From Candidatus Shapirobacteria bacterium (lineage in GTDB: Bacteria; Patescibacteriota; Microgenomatia; UBA12405): 64,000 nucleotides of DNA. The stretch covers positions 7,296 to 71,295 of the forward strand of contig JBAZYN010000003.1 in assembly GCA_041659325.1 (NCBI GenBank), written 5' to 3'. The first letter of the stretch is position 1, and each line of letters opens with the position of its first letter. Under the pieces are notes generated by a model that saw nothing but the letters and a program-made list of their open reading frames with translations, did not search any database and had not been told where the DNA came from. Positions 50,881 to 59,680 of this stretch are shown piece after piece. The position numbers and the translations under genes are program-made.

Positions 50881-51504
50881 TTATATATTTCCCAGATCTA
50901 CGACGACTCTTTGGTTGCTCCAAAAACTGGATTGGTATATCAATTTCGCGTTGTCGCCGACGGGAACTTCAAAGGGCATTGAGCCGGTGACCTTGCCGCC
51001 CGGGGCTAACGTTCCGGAATTTAGGCTATCGTCTAAAGAAGCATATGTTATCCCCTCCTGGGCACCATTGGCATCCTGAACTTTGAAATCATACGGATTG
51101 TAGGAGACTTCACCCGTACCTAAATTTCTGATAGAAACATTAACGATTACATACTCTTTACCCGATTTGGGAGTGTTATAACCAAAACCTCGGGACCTTC
51201 TGACTGAATTTACTATAAATTCCCTGTCACCTAATTCTGTGACATCCCCGACTTTGGGGGTTAGCTCTTCCGGCTGCTCAGGGAGCGGAGTATTTGTGTC
51301 GATTTTTGATACCACTTTTGAAACATCAGGTGGATTATATTTTTTATTACCAATGCTGCCGATAATCCCAAGAACAATAAACATGGTAATTAAACTGGTA
51401 ATTATCGGGTGCCTCCCAAATAGACCGCGCTGGTCAGTTTGGCAATGAGGACACTTGGTGGCTTCTAAATCAATTTCCATCTGACAGCTTTTACATTTTT
51501 TCAT
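50881..51504 (-). CDS. zinc-ribbon + DUF4352 domain membrane protein
   Basis: CKSC..CPHC, a TM segment, then an Ig-like N.G...YNP.DF..L.PG...G...FEVP domain. Confidence 0.85.
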   Translation of the reverse strand: MKKCKSCQMEIDLEATKCPHCQTDQRGLFGRHPIITSLITMFIVLGIIGSIGNKKYNPPDVSKVVSKIDTNTPLPEQPEELTPKVGDVTELGDREFIVNSVRRSRGFGYNTPKSGKEYVIVNVSIRNLGTGEVSYNPYDFKVQDANGAQEGITYASLDDSLNSGTLAPGGKVTGSMPFEVPVGDNAKLIYQSSFWSNQRVVVDLGNI

Positions 51505-51697
51505 TTTGTTGAGAATTTATATTTTAATAAGTTTTTCGAATCCTTAACCAAATTATAAGCCAGGGGAAATGATTGTCAAGGAACCTATCGTGGCAATATG
51601 CTTCTATTTATGGGAATATTTGGTATTAGCGCTTGTCTGCCTCTGGCGGAGGCGGGGTGAGGGGCACTGCCTTTTATGAGCATAAAACCACAACAAA

Positions 51698-51946
51698 TTA
51701 GGATACCTTTTTTTCGGGTAAGTCATTTACCGCTTTGAAAATAGCTTCAAAGCGTTCTTCTAGGGAGATGTTGGGATCATAAGTTAAGCTCAGATCCCGG
51801 GCGATAGCGGTTAGCTTTCCATATAGGGCGGGGTCGCCTTCATCGTAAAGACAATGGAGGTAGTCGTAACTTGGATGTCCGTGATCGTTTAGCCAGCCCT
51901 GAAGTTTGTCAATGGTGTTTTGTTGTTGGTTTGTGTTGGTGACCAT
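51698..51946 (-). CDS. hypothetical protein (82 aa)
   Basis: ORF downstream of and co-oriented with the aldo/keto reductase. Confidence 0.55.
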   Translation of the reverse strand: MVTNTNQQQNTIDKLQGWLNDHGHPSYDYLHCLYDEGDPALYGKLTAIARDLSLTYDPNISLEERFEAIFKAVNDLPEKKVS

Positions 51947-52009
51947 AGAGGTAATAACTAAGTGATTAATTTTTAACCGCTAGGAAGTGAAATTAAGGCC
52001 AGAGTGCGA

Positions 52010-52801
52010 CTAAAGGCTTGAAATTTTTTGTTTGTCATTTGATCTGAGGGTAAAGTTAAAAATGTCGAAATTGGATTGAAGATGATCGCGGGAGCTGGCT
52101 TTGGGGATGACAATTAAACCCTTGTCTACAAGATACCGGAGGGCAATCTGAGCGGCAGTTTTATCGTATTGTCGGCCAATACCAGTTAGAACCGGGTCGT
52201 CGGCGACATCGCCCTGGTCGAGGGGTGAATAGGCAGTAATAGTGATGTTGTTTTTCTGGCAATAATTGATAACATCCTTTGGATAATGATGGGGGTTGAT
52301 TTCGATTTGATTGTTGGTAATAGGCAAGTTTAGAGCCCGGGCGGCGGAGAGGGTGTTTTGTAGCTCGATGATGCCAAAATTACTGACCCCAATGGAATGT
52401 ATTTTTTGGTCGGAGACGAGTTTTTCAAAGGCCTGAAGCGTTTCGTTGATGTCTACTTCGGGATTGGGTGCATGGATAAGGTAAAGATCAATATAGTCGG
52501 TGTTGAGATCAATTAAAGATTGGTCAGCATTTGAGAGAACATGATGATAATCAAGCTGATCCTCGGGGACTTTGGAGGTAATGAATATATCAGACCGGTG
52601 GAAGTCTCTGATAGCCTTTCCTACTTCGGCTTCGTTTTGGTATTTCCGGGCAGTGTCGAAATGCCGGTAGCCGATTTCCAGAGCGGTTTTGATGGTTTCA
52701 ATACAGGAGGTCCCGGTTAGGCCATAGGTACCAAGACCCAGAACGGGTATGGAGTGACCGGAAGACAAATCTATGTCAGGGACGGGGTTGGTTAGTTGCA
52801 T
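52010..52801 (-). CDS. aldo/keto reductase
   Basis: GLGT, GYRHFDTA..Y.NE, DLYLIH.P, IGVSNF and IPK motifs. Confidence 0.95.
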   Translation of the reverse strand: MQLTNPVPDIDLSSGHSIPVLGLGTYGLTGTSCIETIKTALEIGYRHFDTARKYQNEAEVGKAIRDFHRSDIFITSKVPEDQLDYHHVLSNADQSLIDLNTDYIDLYLIHAPNPEVDINETLQAFEKLVSDQKIHSIGVSNFGIIELQNTLSAARALNLPITNNQIEINPHHYPKDVINYCQKNNITITAYSPLDQGDVADDPVLTGIGRQYDKTAAQIALRYLVDKGLIVIPKASSRDHLQSNFDIFNFTLRSNDKQKISSL

Positions 52802-52944
52802 ATGTTGAATCTATGCCGACAATGTGGAGAAGAGCCTAGGAAAGGGTAAGAAATGGGAAAGAAAATATATAATTCGGAGGTGACGAATCCTTAGATTATC
52901 TCAGGACAGGTCCTTCCCTTTGGTGAAACGATTTTAAACTTTAT

Positions 52945-54246
52945 CTATGGGCTGAAGTTTTGTTTTTTCTTTTTTAAAATGAGGAAGCCAAAAAATCCAA
53001 GGAGAAGTATTGCGGCGACAACAACTGTCGGGGAGATTGACCGTGAGGTGTTATTTATACTTTTAACATCATCAATTTTTCCCCACCCTGCATTTTCGGC
53101 GGCGATATCAAATTTTTCTATGGCTGATAAACCATTGAAATCCGCAGAAATTTTTTCACCGGCATTTACATCAACAGTTTGATTAGTCTGCTTTGATTTG
53201 AAGGTAACGACACCTTCGATAACTTTTATCGAAGAAGCGCCTTTAACTTGCTCCAACACTAAAGTAGTACCCTTGATACCGGCGACTGCTTGACCCATTT
53301 CGACTTCCATGGTGCCATTGGTGAGCATCTTCTTAAAATTTATCCACAAGTGACCGGAAACCAAACCAAGCTTTGTTTCCTGCTCCGGAGGGGTTTTAAC
53401 AATAACTTCGGTGCTGGACTTTATTCGAAAAGTGGTCATATCTTCGAATTGAAGGACTGCAAAACTGTCGGCTCCGGTAAGAATATGATCGTTAACCAAT
53501 AATTTTGCTTTTGGAGTAGCTGGTGTCCAATCTTGAGATTTACCGTCTTTGTAGCAGTGGGCCAGACTTACTTCACCGGTAAGGGAGTTAAAACGGGCCC
53601 GGGAATCGACCGGATCGTCATATTCAAAGCAACCGCAAATCACTTCTTGACAGTTGCTAACAGCAGTCCAGGAATTACTGAAATTATCGGTTTGAGTAAA
53701 TGCCACATGATCAACCATTTTTTTGTCTTTCCAATTGGTTTTGTTTAATGTAAGACTGCCTTCGATGATACCGGCGCCGGAGGATTCGGAAATCGGTTGG
53801 GTGGTATAAAAAGTACCGCTGCCTACATAGCTTTCCGGATATTTCCACCCCTCACGCGGAGGAATACTAAGCTCATATGACCATTGGCCACTGATATGGC
53901 CTTTTTTATAGGTTCCACTTAGGGTAAAGACTCCGTCTTCGGGGGTAACTCCACCGATGAATTTGTCGGCAGAATGACGTTTGTTGTCGACAGTAACGGT
54001 TTTGCTAAAGGTGCCGCTGTCGGAAATATTCAAGTCTAGTTTGTTGGAAATTGCGTCCCAAATACCACTGACAGAAACTACGTAATATTTGTCCAGATCA
54101 AGTCGACCAAATTGGACATTGACGGTGGTGGGGGGAGGTAAAAATTTTTCGGTGTCAAAAGGAAACGAGGCAAAAGATGAGGTGGTGGAGAATAAAAAAC
54201 ACAGAAGACAAATGAGAGATGACAGAAATATCGGTATCTTGACCAT
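52945..54246 (-). CDS. secreted FecR-domain protein with C-terminal TM anchor
   Basis: Signal peptide; FecR-like I.TG.DS.A.L.F.D...AVAGIKGT...V.EG.V; TM segment followed by KKKK. Confidence 0.75.
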   Translation of the reverse strand: MVKIPIFLSSLICLLCFLFSTTSSFASFPFDTEKFLPPPTTVNVQFGRLDLDKYYVVSVSGIWDAISNKLDLNISDSGTFSKTVTVDNKRHSADKFIGGVTPEDGVFTLSGTYKKGHISGQWSYELSIPPREGWKYPESYVGSGTFYTTQPISESSGAGIIEGSLTLNKTNWKDKKMVDHVAFTQTDNFSNSWTAVSNCQEVICGCFEYDDPVDSRARFNSLTGEVSLAHCYKDGKSQDWTPATPKAKLLVNDHILTGADSFAVLQFEDMTTFRIKSSTEVIVKTPPEQETKLGLVSGHLWINFKKMLTNGTMEVEMGQAVAGIKGTTLVLEQVKGASSIKVIEGVVTFKSKQTNQTVDVNAGEKISADFNGLSAIEKFDIAAENAGWGKIDDVKSINNTSRSISPTVVVAAILLLGFFGFLILKKKKQNFSP

Positions 54247-54293
54247 AAGAGATTTTACACCCCAATTCCCGAATATGTCAGAACTGCCCCGAC

Positions 54294-54352
54294 AGTACCG
54301 AAAAATTCGGACACTCCTTCGTTAAAACTACGGACGGGCAAAGCGTATTTCA
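54294..54352 (+). repeat. 59-bp repeat (scar + REP), 1 mismatch to 58715-58773
   Basis: AGTACCGAAAAATTCGGAC(A/C)CTCCTTCGTTAAAACTACGGACGGGCAAAGCGTATTTCA. Confidence 0.9.
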
Positions 54353-54475
54353 GGTCAGAATGATAGGCGCGGCGGCCCGCCTGCAAAAGCTGGTGCCTTA
54401 GCATCTGCGGGCAGGTGGGGGGGCACTTCGTTACCTCAGTGTAAACTCTGCGCCGAGCGTTTATTTCAAGATATG

Positions 54476-54511
54476 GATAACATGAACGAAGTGAATTCAG
54501 GGCGAAACAAG
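54476..54511 (+). repeat. 36-bp repeat identical to 57205-57240
   Basis: GATAACATGAACGAAGTGAATTCAGGGCGAAACAAG. Confidence 0.9.
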
Positions 54512-54631
54512 GAATTTATTTATGGAACGATTTTAAAACCATTAATATCTTTTGATAAATGCCATACAAAGACAATAACTTTGCTTGTTCAGCTTTAGCT
54601 TCATCCCCTCTTTTAGAACTATCCAGGATAA

Positions 54632-55156
54632 TTAATACTTTACCCTTTGAGCCAAAGACAAAATTTGACCAAGGCCGTTTGTTAAAATACTATTAATTTC
54701 TTTGACGGTTTTAATACTATATGTTGGTTTGGTTCGGTAAGGGACGTCATTAACATCTTTATTAAGATTGATAATTTCCGTGAATAAATAAATTTTATGC
54801 TGATGATAGGGAAAGAGAAGATTAAGACTCTTCAACGTCCGGTTATCCATGGCAAGAATTAATGATGCTTTGGCGGTGGTAGGGTAATCGATTGGAGTGG
54901 ATATATGCCCAGACAGATCAACATTTAGTTCTTCAAGCAAAGGCTTTACCCGATGATAAACCTCGCCATAGTAGGTTATATTAGGGAACCGGACGGGTTT
55001 GTGGTCGATTATTGTTCCCTGGATACTCCTGGAAATAACCCGGTAATCAGTGCGGATTCCCTGTTTGATTAATTGCTGTGAAATCAGTTTTTCGGCGACA
55101 GCCGATCGAAGGATATTTCCCCGACAGACGCAAACGATCAGCTTCTTGTGGGACAT
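54632..55156 (-). CDS. low-molecular-weight protein tyrosine phosphatase/ArsC-like
   Basis: P-loop VCRGNILRS, LILAMD and D.PY motifs. Confidence 0.85.
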   Translation of the reverse strand: MSHKKLIVCVCRGNILRSAVAEKLISQQLIKQGIRTDYRVISRSIQGTIIDHKPVRFPNITYYGEVYHRVKPLLEELNVDLSGHISTPIDYPTTAKASLILAMDNRTLKSLNLLFPYHQHKIYLFTEIINLNKDVNDVPYRTKPTYSIKTVKEINSILTNGLGQILSLAQRVKY

Positions 55157-55221
55157 AAAGATATTTTAATACAAAGCATTAATTATTTCGAATATTTCGA
55201 TATGATAGACTTTCTGAGTTT

Positions 55222-55971
55222 ATGTATAGCCCATTTGAAGAACTCTGTGAAATCGCAGATACAAACTTGAACGACTTAATTGGAGTAAAAAAGAACGCTG
55301 TCCGTATGGAGAAAATGGTGTTGGCGCTTTCAAGCGAGGATGACTGTTTGATAGTTGAGCGTTTAAAAAAAATAGGCAAGCTAATTAAATTACAAATACT
55401 ATATGAAACATATAAGACCGAATTGGAAACAGATTCGGCAATGGAGTTTCTTGAAGGCGAGAAGACACTGGAAGCATTGATGTCTAAACGCTCAAAAACA
55501 CTTATTACCAACGAAATATCTATTGGAAAAATCAGGGCAAACGACAAGATATTGTTTATCGGCTCAGGGCCGCTACCGATGAGCGCCATTTTGTACAACA
55601 AATATGCTGCATGTCCGGTAGATTGCTATGAAAAAGATAAGAATAAGGCCAACCTTTCTAAAAAGGTTCTATCAAAACTTGGGCTATTGGGGAAAATTAA
55701 TGTTTATTGCAAAAGTGGAGAAAAGTTAAAAACCGACAAATACAATGTAATCGTTGTTGCCTTGCTAGCAAAACCCAAGAATAAAATTTTCCGGGCGATA
55801 TATGCGTCAATGAAACCCGGCACCAGAGTAATATGCAGGACTTCAGACGCAGCCAATAAAATTCTTTACGAGGAGACTGATGAGAAGTTGTTTAAGAAAT
55901 ATGGCTTTTCCAAAAAAAATAAAGCCGATAAAAACCAGACGGTTTCATCGGTATTTTATTTAGGAAACTAA
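55222..55971 (+). CDS. nicotianamine synthase-like SAM-dependent enzyme
   Basis: LFIGSGPLPMSAI, ALLA..K and RT....K.LY resemble the NAS/CntL family. Confidence 0.75.
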   Translation: MYSPFEELCEIADTNLNDLIGVKKNAVRMEKMVLALSSEDDCLIVERLKKIGKLIKLQILYETYKTELETDSAMEFLEGEKTLEALMSKRSKTLITNEISIGKIRANDKILFIGSGPLPMSAILYNKYAACPVDCYEKDKNKANLSKKVLSKLGLLGKINVYCKSGEKLKTDKYNVIVVALLAKPKNKIFRAIYASMKPGTRVICRTSDAANKILYEETDEKLFKKYGFSKKNKADKNQTVSSVFYLGN

Positions 55972-56003
55972 AACGACGACCTATTGACAGAAGTTATCTC
56001 AAC

Positions 56004-56032
56004 TGCTCGAGAAGTGGAATGATTTTTGAACT
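56004..56032 (+). repeat. att-like scar
   Basis: TGCTCGAGAAGTGGAATGATTTTTGAACT, flush with the PpaC-like stop. Confidence 0.6.
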
Positions 56033-56960
56033 ATTTTTGACTTTTAAAATATTCTTCGATCATGTGAAAAATTTGTTTTCTCATAATAATGGCATCCGTT
56101 TTGTACCCCGGTGTTAAATCAGGAATATTTAAAACCCGGGAAAATAATTTATTGGAAACGTCATCAATTGTATAAAATATATTGTAACCTTCGACAATAT
56201 CAATGCCATTAAAAAATATATAGTCGAGTTTATTGTCGTTATAAAAACGAACTAAAGATTCTAATAAAACCTGTTTAAGATCTGTTGACATTCTATTAAT
56301 ATCAACCATCTCTATTTGGGCTATTCCAACCATTTTATCGGATATGGGTCTAATGGCAAAGTCTTGGCGAAGTACTTCATACAAATTGTCTGGAGATATG
56401 TTTGATTTTGCTATAAACATATCTTTTGTAAAATTATCATTTAAGCCAGCTACTGTTTTTAACCATTTTGCAACCTCGGTATCTCGGGGAGTGGTGACAG
56501 AATTCTTGAAATTAACCGTATTGGAAACTATGGCGGAGTAGAGATAAGTAGCAACGTTTATTGATGGAACTAAATTGCTTTTTAGATATTCTTCAGCGAT
56601 TAAAGTAGAACAGGATCCAACAAGGTCAATGTGAACCTTGGCGTTTTTTAACTTTGAAACTTGTTCAGTAAGGCGATGATCAAATAATTCAACAATTTTT
56701 TCAACATTTATTCTTCGATCGATTCGGATTGGATCTGAACTATCAACTAAAATAAATTTATCATCTTCGATATAATTGCCCTCATGCTTATTGAGAGGAA
56801 AAAAGTTTGTATATTCCTTAACGAAATCTACTTCCAAATTTAATTCCCCACAGTAAACACCAGTGGAAATTCTTCCGATTTTGGATAAATACTCAGTATA
56901 ACCTAAGATACAAGCAATACAGTCTAAGTCCGGGTCGCTGTAAGAGGTGACAAAAAGCAT
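56031..56960 (-). CDS. DHH-family Mn-dependent inorganic pyrophosphatase (PpaC-like)
   Basis: PDLD, LVD, FDHR, VGSCST, AI.S.T..F....TT..D and MRKQ motifs. Confidence 0.85.
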   Translation of the reverse strand: MLFVTSYSDPDLDCIACILGYTEYLSKIGRISTGVYCGELNLEVDFVKEYTNFFPLNKHEGNYIEDDKFILVDSSDPIRIDRRINVEKIVELFDHRLTEQVSKLKNAKVHIDLVGSCSTLIAEEYLKSNLVPSINVATYLYSAIVSNTVNFKNSVTTPRDTEVAKWLKTVAGLNDNFTKDMFIAKSNISPDNLYEVLRQDFAIRPISDKMVGIAQIEMVDINRMSTDLKQVLLESLVRFYNDNKLDYIFFNGIDIVEGYNIFYTIDDVSNKLFSRVLNIPDLTPGYKTDAIIMRKQIFHMIEEYFKSQK

Positions 56961-57052
56961 GACTTATTTTATCAAAGTTCGAGTCTATTCCCGAGTAATG
57001 AGTTATTCGGATAAATTTGGTGCCTAGAATACAGTGCTCCGGGAGTACCGAA

Positions 57053-57181
57053 TCCTTCGACTTATTCTGCAAACTCATGATGAATTCGCTCAGGACAAGT
57101 CCTTCGACTGGGCTCAGGACAAGTCCTTCGGCCTAGCTCATGACAGGCAATTCGGATCTTTCGACTCCGATCAAGACAAGC
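57053..57181 (+). repeat. tandem REP-like units TCCTTCGACT..GCTCAGGACAAG
   Basis: About 4 degenerate copies inside a scar; relatives at 45634-45683, 46267-46288 and 52888-52914. Confidence 0.75.
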
Positions 57182-57296
57182 CCGAGTAGCTATTTCAACA
57201 CATTGATAACATGAACGAAGTGAATTCAGGGCGAAACAAGAAACTTATTTTTTGGGCGGGATTTTGAAAATTTTTTTGGCGTAAAGGGGAACGATT

Positions 57297-58634
57297 TTAG
57301 TATTTAAAATACCGCCGTGAATTAGTTTTGAATTTCATGGTTGTGCTCCAACCCCCGGGCATACAACCTTGTTGACCACGAACCTTGATGTAATAAGTTG
57401 TATTGGGTTTAAGATAATAAATAGTGTGAGATTGGACACCTTCGCGGTGTAAAGTGACTAGTTCTCCATGCTGTTCAGCAGTGGGTTTCGTTGAGAAACT
57501 AACATAAAATTGGCTGGTATTCGAAATTGGAGTAAAAAATAATTTGGCGGTTTTGGAAGTAGTGTTGATTTGAAATAAGTCCGGAGCAGAGGCAGGAACT
57601 TGATCACCACAAATGGGAGGGCCAGGAGGTGAACTAGTGGACGAAGAAGATGATGAGGTTGTTTCAACAGCTTTAAAGGTAGTGAAATGGGCGGCATTAA
57701 AAGTTAGTGTCTGAGCTGAACGGTCATAAGAGAGACCGGAAACGATACCGCTGTCTCCCGATGAACCATCCGTATTAGTAACCTGGATAGTCGGATTATT
57801 TAAATTTACGCCATACATCGTTAAAGTAGCGTTGGTATCAACTAATGCTTTAATGTCTTCAGCATCAAGACCGATTTGATTGGTGGTGTTCATGTCAAGT
57901 TTTTGGCTTAGAATTGGCAGCCAGCTTAAAGAATAGCGGTCGGTAAAGTTCATGGTCGAGAGAAAATCGATCCGGCCTTTACCGTTTATTTCCAAATATA
58001 AACCGGTAATTTTAGTCCAATCAGGCTTGTCGGCCAAATTAGTAGTAATGCCACCATTGGCAAGTAAGGTGGCAACCGCAGAACGAGCAGGACAGTCACC
58101 AAAGCCAACAGCTCCGCACCAACCTGTCGTTGTCGAAGCGATGCTCCACGCATCAGAATCATGACCATCAACCTGATAGGACTGGGTTGAAGCAGGTAAT
58201 GTGGCACCGGCATCGTTGGCTTGGGTACCACTATAAGTGCCGTAAGAAACAGAATAAAGTACTGTGCCATCCCCTTCTTTCCAGACTAGTTTGCCACCAG
58301 CGGTATCATAGAGGGTACTGCCAATGTCGTTGGTTAAGAGAGCGGTTTGAGGAATAGTACCGGCTAGATCAAGAGTATCAAGGAGAGTGTCGGTAGAAGA
58401 ATAAACTTCAAGAGTGCAACCGGCAAGGCTTAATGGATAATCGGAAGTATTGATTAATTCTACAAATTGACCAGAAGTAGCGGTGGGATTGAACTCGGTG
58501 ACAAAAGCACGATGATCAAGAGTGGCATGATCGGTACCGTCGCATTTTAAAGTAGCCGCTTGAACTGCAAAAGGAGCCAAAAGAAAAAAAATAAGAAGAA
58601 GAAAAATAAAAAAAACCAGCGATTTTTGTGACAT
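57297..58634 (-). CDS. secreted lamin-tail-domain protein with C-terminal FN3 domain
   Basis: Signal peptide; TEF.P...FVELIN.....L.G..L (LTD); C-terminal domain homologous to that of 25822..30681. Confidence 0.8.
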   Translation of the reverse strand: MSQKSLVFFIFLLLIFFLLAPFAVQAATLKCDGTDHATLDHRAFVTEFNPTATSGQFVELINTSDYPLSLAGCTLEVYSSTDTLLDTLDLAGTIPQTALLTNDIGSTLYDTAGGKLVWKEGDGTVLYSVSYGTYSGTQANDAGATLPASTQSYQVDGHDSDAWSIASTTTGWCGAVGFGDCPARSAVATLLANGGITTNLADKPDWTKITGLYLEINGKGRIDFLSTMNFTDRYSLSWLPILSQKLDMNTTNQIGLDAEDIKALVDTNATLTMYGVNLNNPTIQVTNTDGSSGDSGIVSGLSYDRSAQTLTFNAAHFTTFKAVETTSSSSSSTSSPPGPPICGDQVPASAPDLFQINTTSKTAKLFFTPISNTSQFYVSFSTKPTAEQHGELVTLHREGVQSHTIYYLKPNTTYYIKVRGQQGCMPGGWSTTMKFKTNSRRYFKY

Positions 58635-58704
58635 CCTAAATTAGACTAGATCTTAAAAGTGATGTTGTCAATATTACAAAATATTTTTCAGGTTAAATGT
58701 GAAT

Positions 58705-58773
58705 TGGCTCCGGGAGTACCGAAAAATTCGGACCCTCCTTCGTTAAAACTACGGACGGGCAAAGCGTATTTCA
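58705..58773 (+). repeat. att-like scar + REP
   Basis: Reverse complement GGTCCGAATTTTTCGGTACTCCCGGAGCCA resembles a tRNA T-arm and 3' end with CCA. Confidence 0.7.
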
Positions 58774-58866
58774 TCAACGCCCTACCGATTGGAGGACGGC
58801 GGAAGAATGATAGGCGGGGGGAAACATTCTATTTACTTCGGGTTTTGTTCGGCTTATTATTATTTT

Positions 58867-59670
58867 GTGATTCCTTATTTTAAAGAAAAAAACTTTTGTT
58901 TATATCAGGGAGATTGCTTGAGCGTTTTAAAAAAAATTAAAGATAATTCCGTGGATATGATATTTGCAGATCCCCCATATTTTTTATCCAGTGGTACTTT
59001 TACGTGCCAAAATGGAAAAATGGTGAGTGTTAAAAAAGGTGAATGGGATATGGGTAAAGGATTAGAAGAGAATTTGAAATTTCACATGGCATGGATTAAG
59101 GAATGTAAAAGAATATTAAAACCAAATGGAACAATTTGGATTAGTGGAACTTATCATTCAATTTATCAATGTGGTTATGCTTTGCAGTTAAATGATTATC
59201 GAATATTAAATGAAATTGTTTGGTACAAACCCAATGCTTCTCCAAATTTAAGTTGTAGATTTTTTACAGCTAGTCATGAAACTTTAATATGGGCGAGGAA
59301 AGAAAAAAAAGGTGTGCATATTTTTAATTATGAATTGATAAAAAATAATGACTGGCCTAATGATTTTTTAAAAAAGAAAGGTTTTCAGATGAGATCGGTT
59401 TGGGCAATTTATACCCCTAAAAAGGCGGAGAAAACTTTTGGGAAACATCCAACACAAAAATCTTTGGACCTGTTAAACAGGATTATTTTGTCGAGTACAA
59501 AAGAAAATGATATTGTTCTTGATCCGTTTACGGGCAGTTCCACCACAGGGTTGGCAGCAGTTGCACATGGCAGAGAATTTGTTGGAATAGATATTGAAAA
59601 AGAATATCTTGACCTATCAATAAAAAGATTTGAGAAATTATCGAAGGAAAAATCGGGATCAGGTATATAA
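58867..59670 (+). CDS. N4/N6 DNA methyltransferase, beta class (DpnA-like)
   Basis: FADPPY precedes HPTQK and DPFTGSSTTG; GTG start. Confidence 0.92.
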   Translation: MIPYFKEKNFCLYQGDCLSVLKKIKDNSVDMIFADPPYFLSSGTFTCQNGKMVSVKKGEWDMGKGLEENLKFHMAWIKECKRILKPNGTIWISGTYHSIYQCGYALQLNDYRILNEIVWYKPNASPNLSCRFFTASHETLIWARKEKKGVHIFNYELIKNNDWPNDFLKKKGFQMRSVWAIYTPKKAEKTFGKHPTQKSLDLLNRIILSSTKENDIVLDPFTGSSTTGLAAVAHGREFVGIDIEKEYLDLSIKRFEKLSKEKSGSGI

Positions 59671-59680
59671 TTGGTTTTAA

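Noticed and set aside
55188-55200. TCGAA-TAT-TTCGA palindrome as an operator between the LMW-PTP and NAS genes
   Set aside because: It is short, I saw only one occurrence, and no cognate regulator is nearby.
57053-57181. CRISPR array
   Set aside because: The units are degenerate and nearly abutting, with no unique 30-40 bp spacers and no cas genes. They are REP-like.
58659-58883. 74-aa ORF and the upstream extension of the MTase ORF to 58789
   Set aside because: Both are read through scar and REP sequence (PPSLKLRTGK). The MTase more plausibly starts at GTG 58867.
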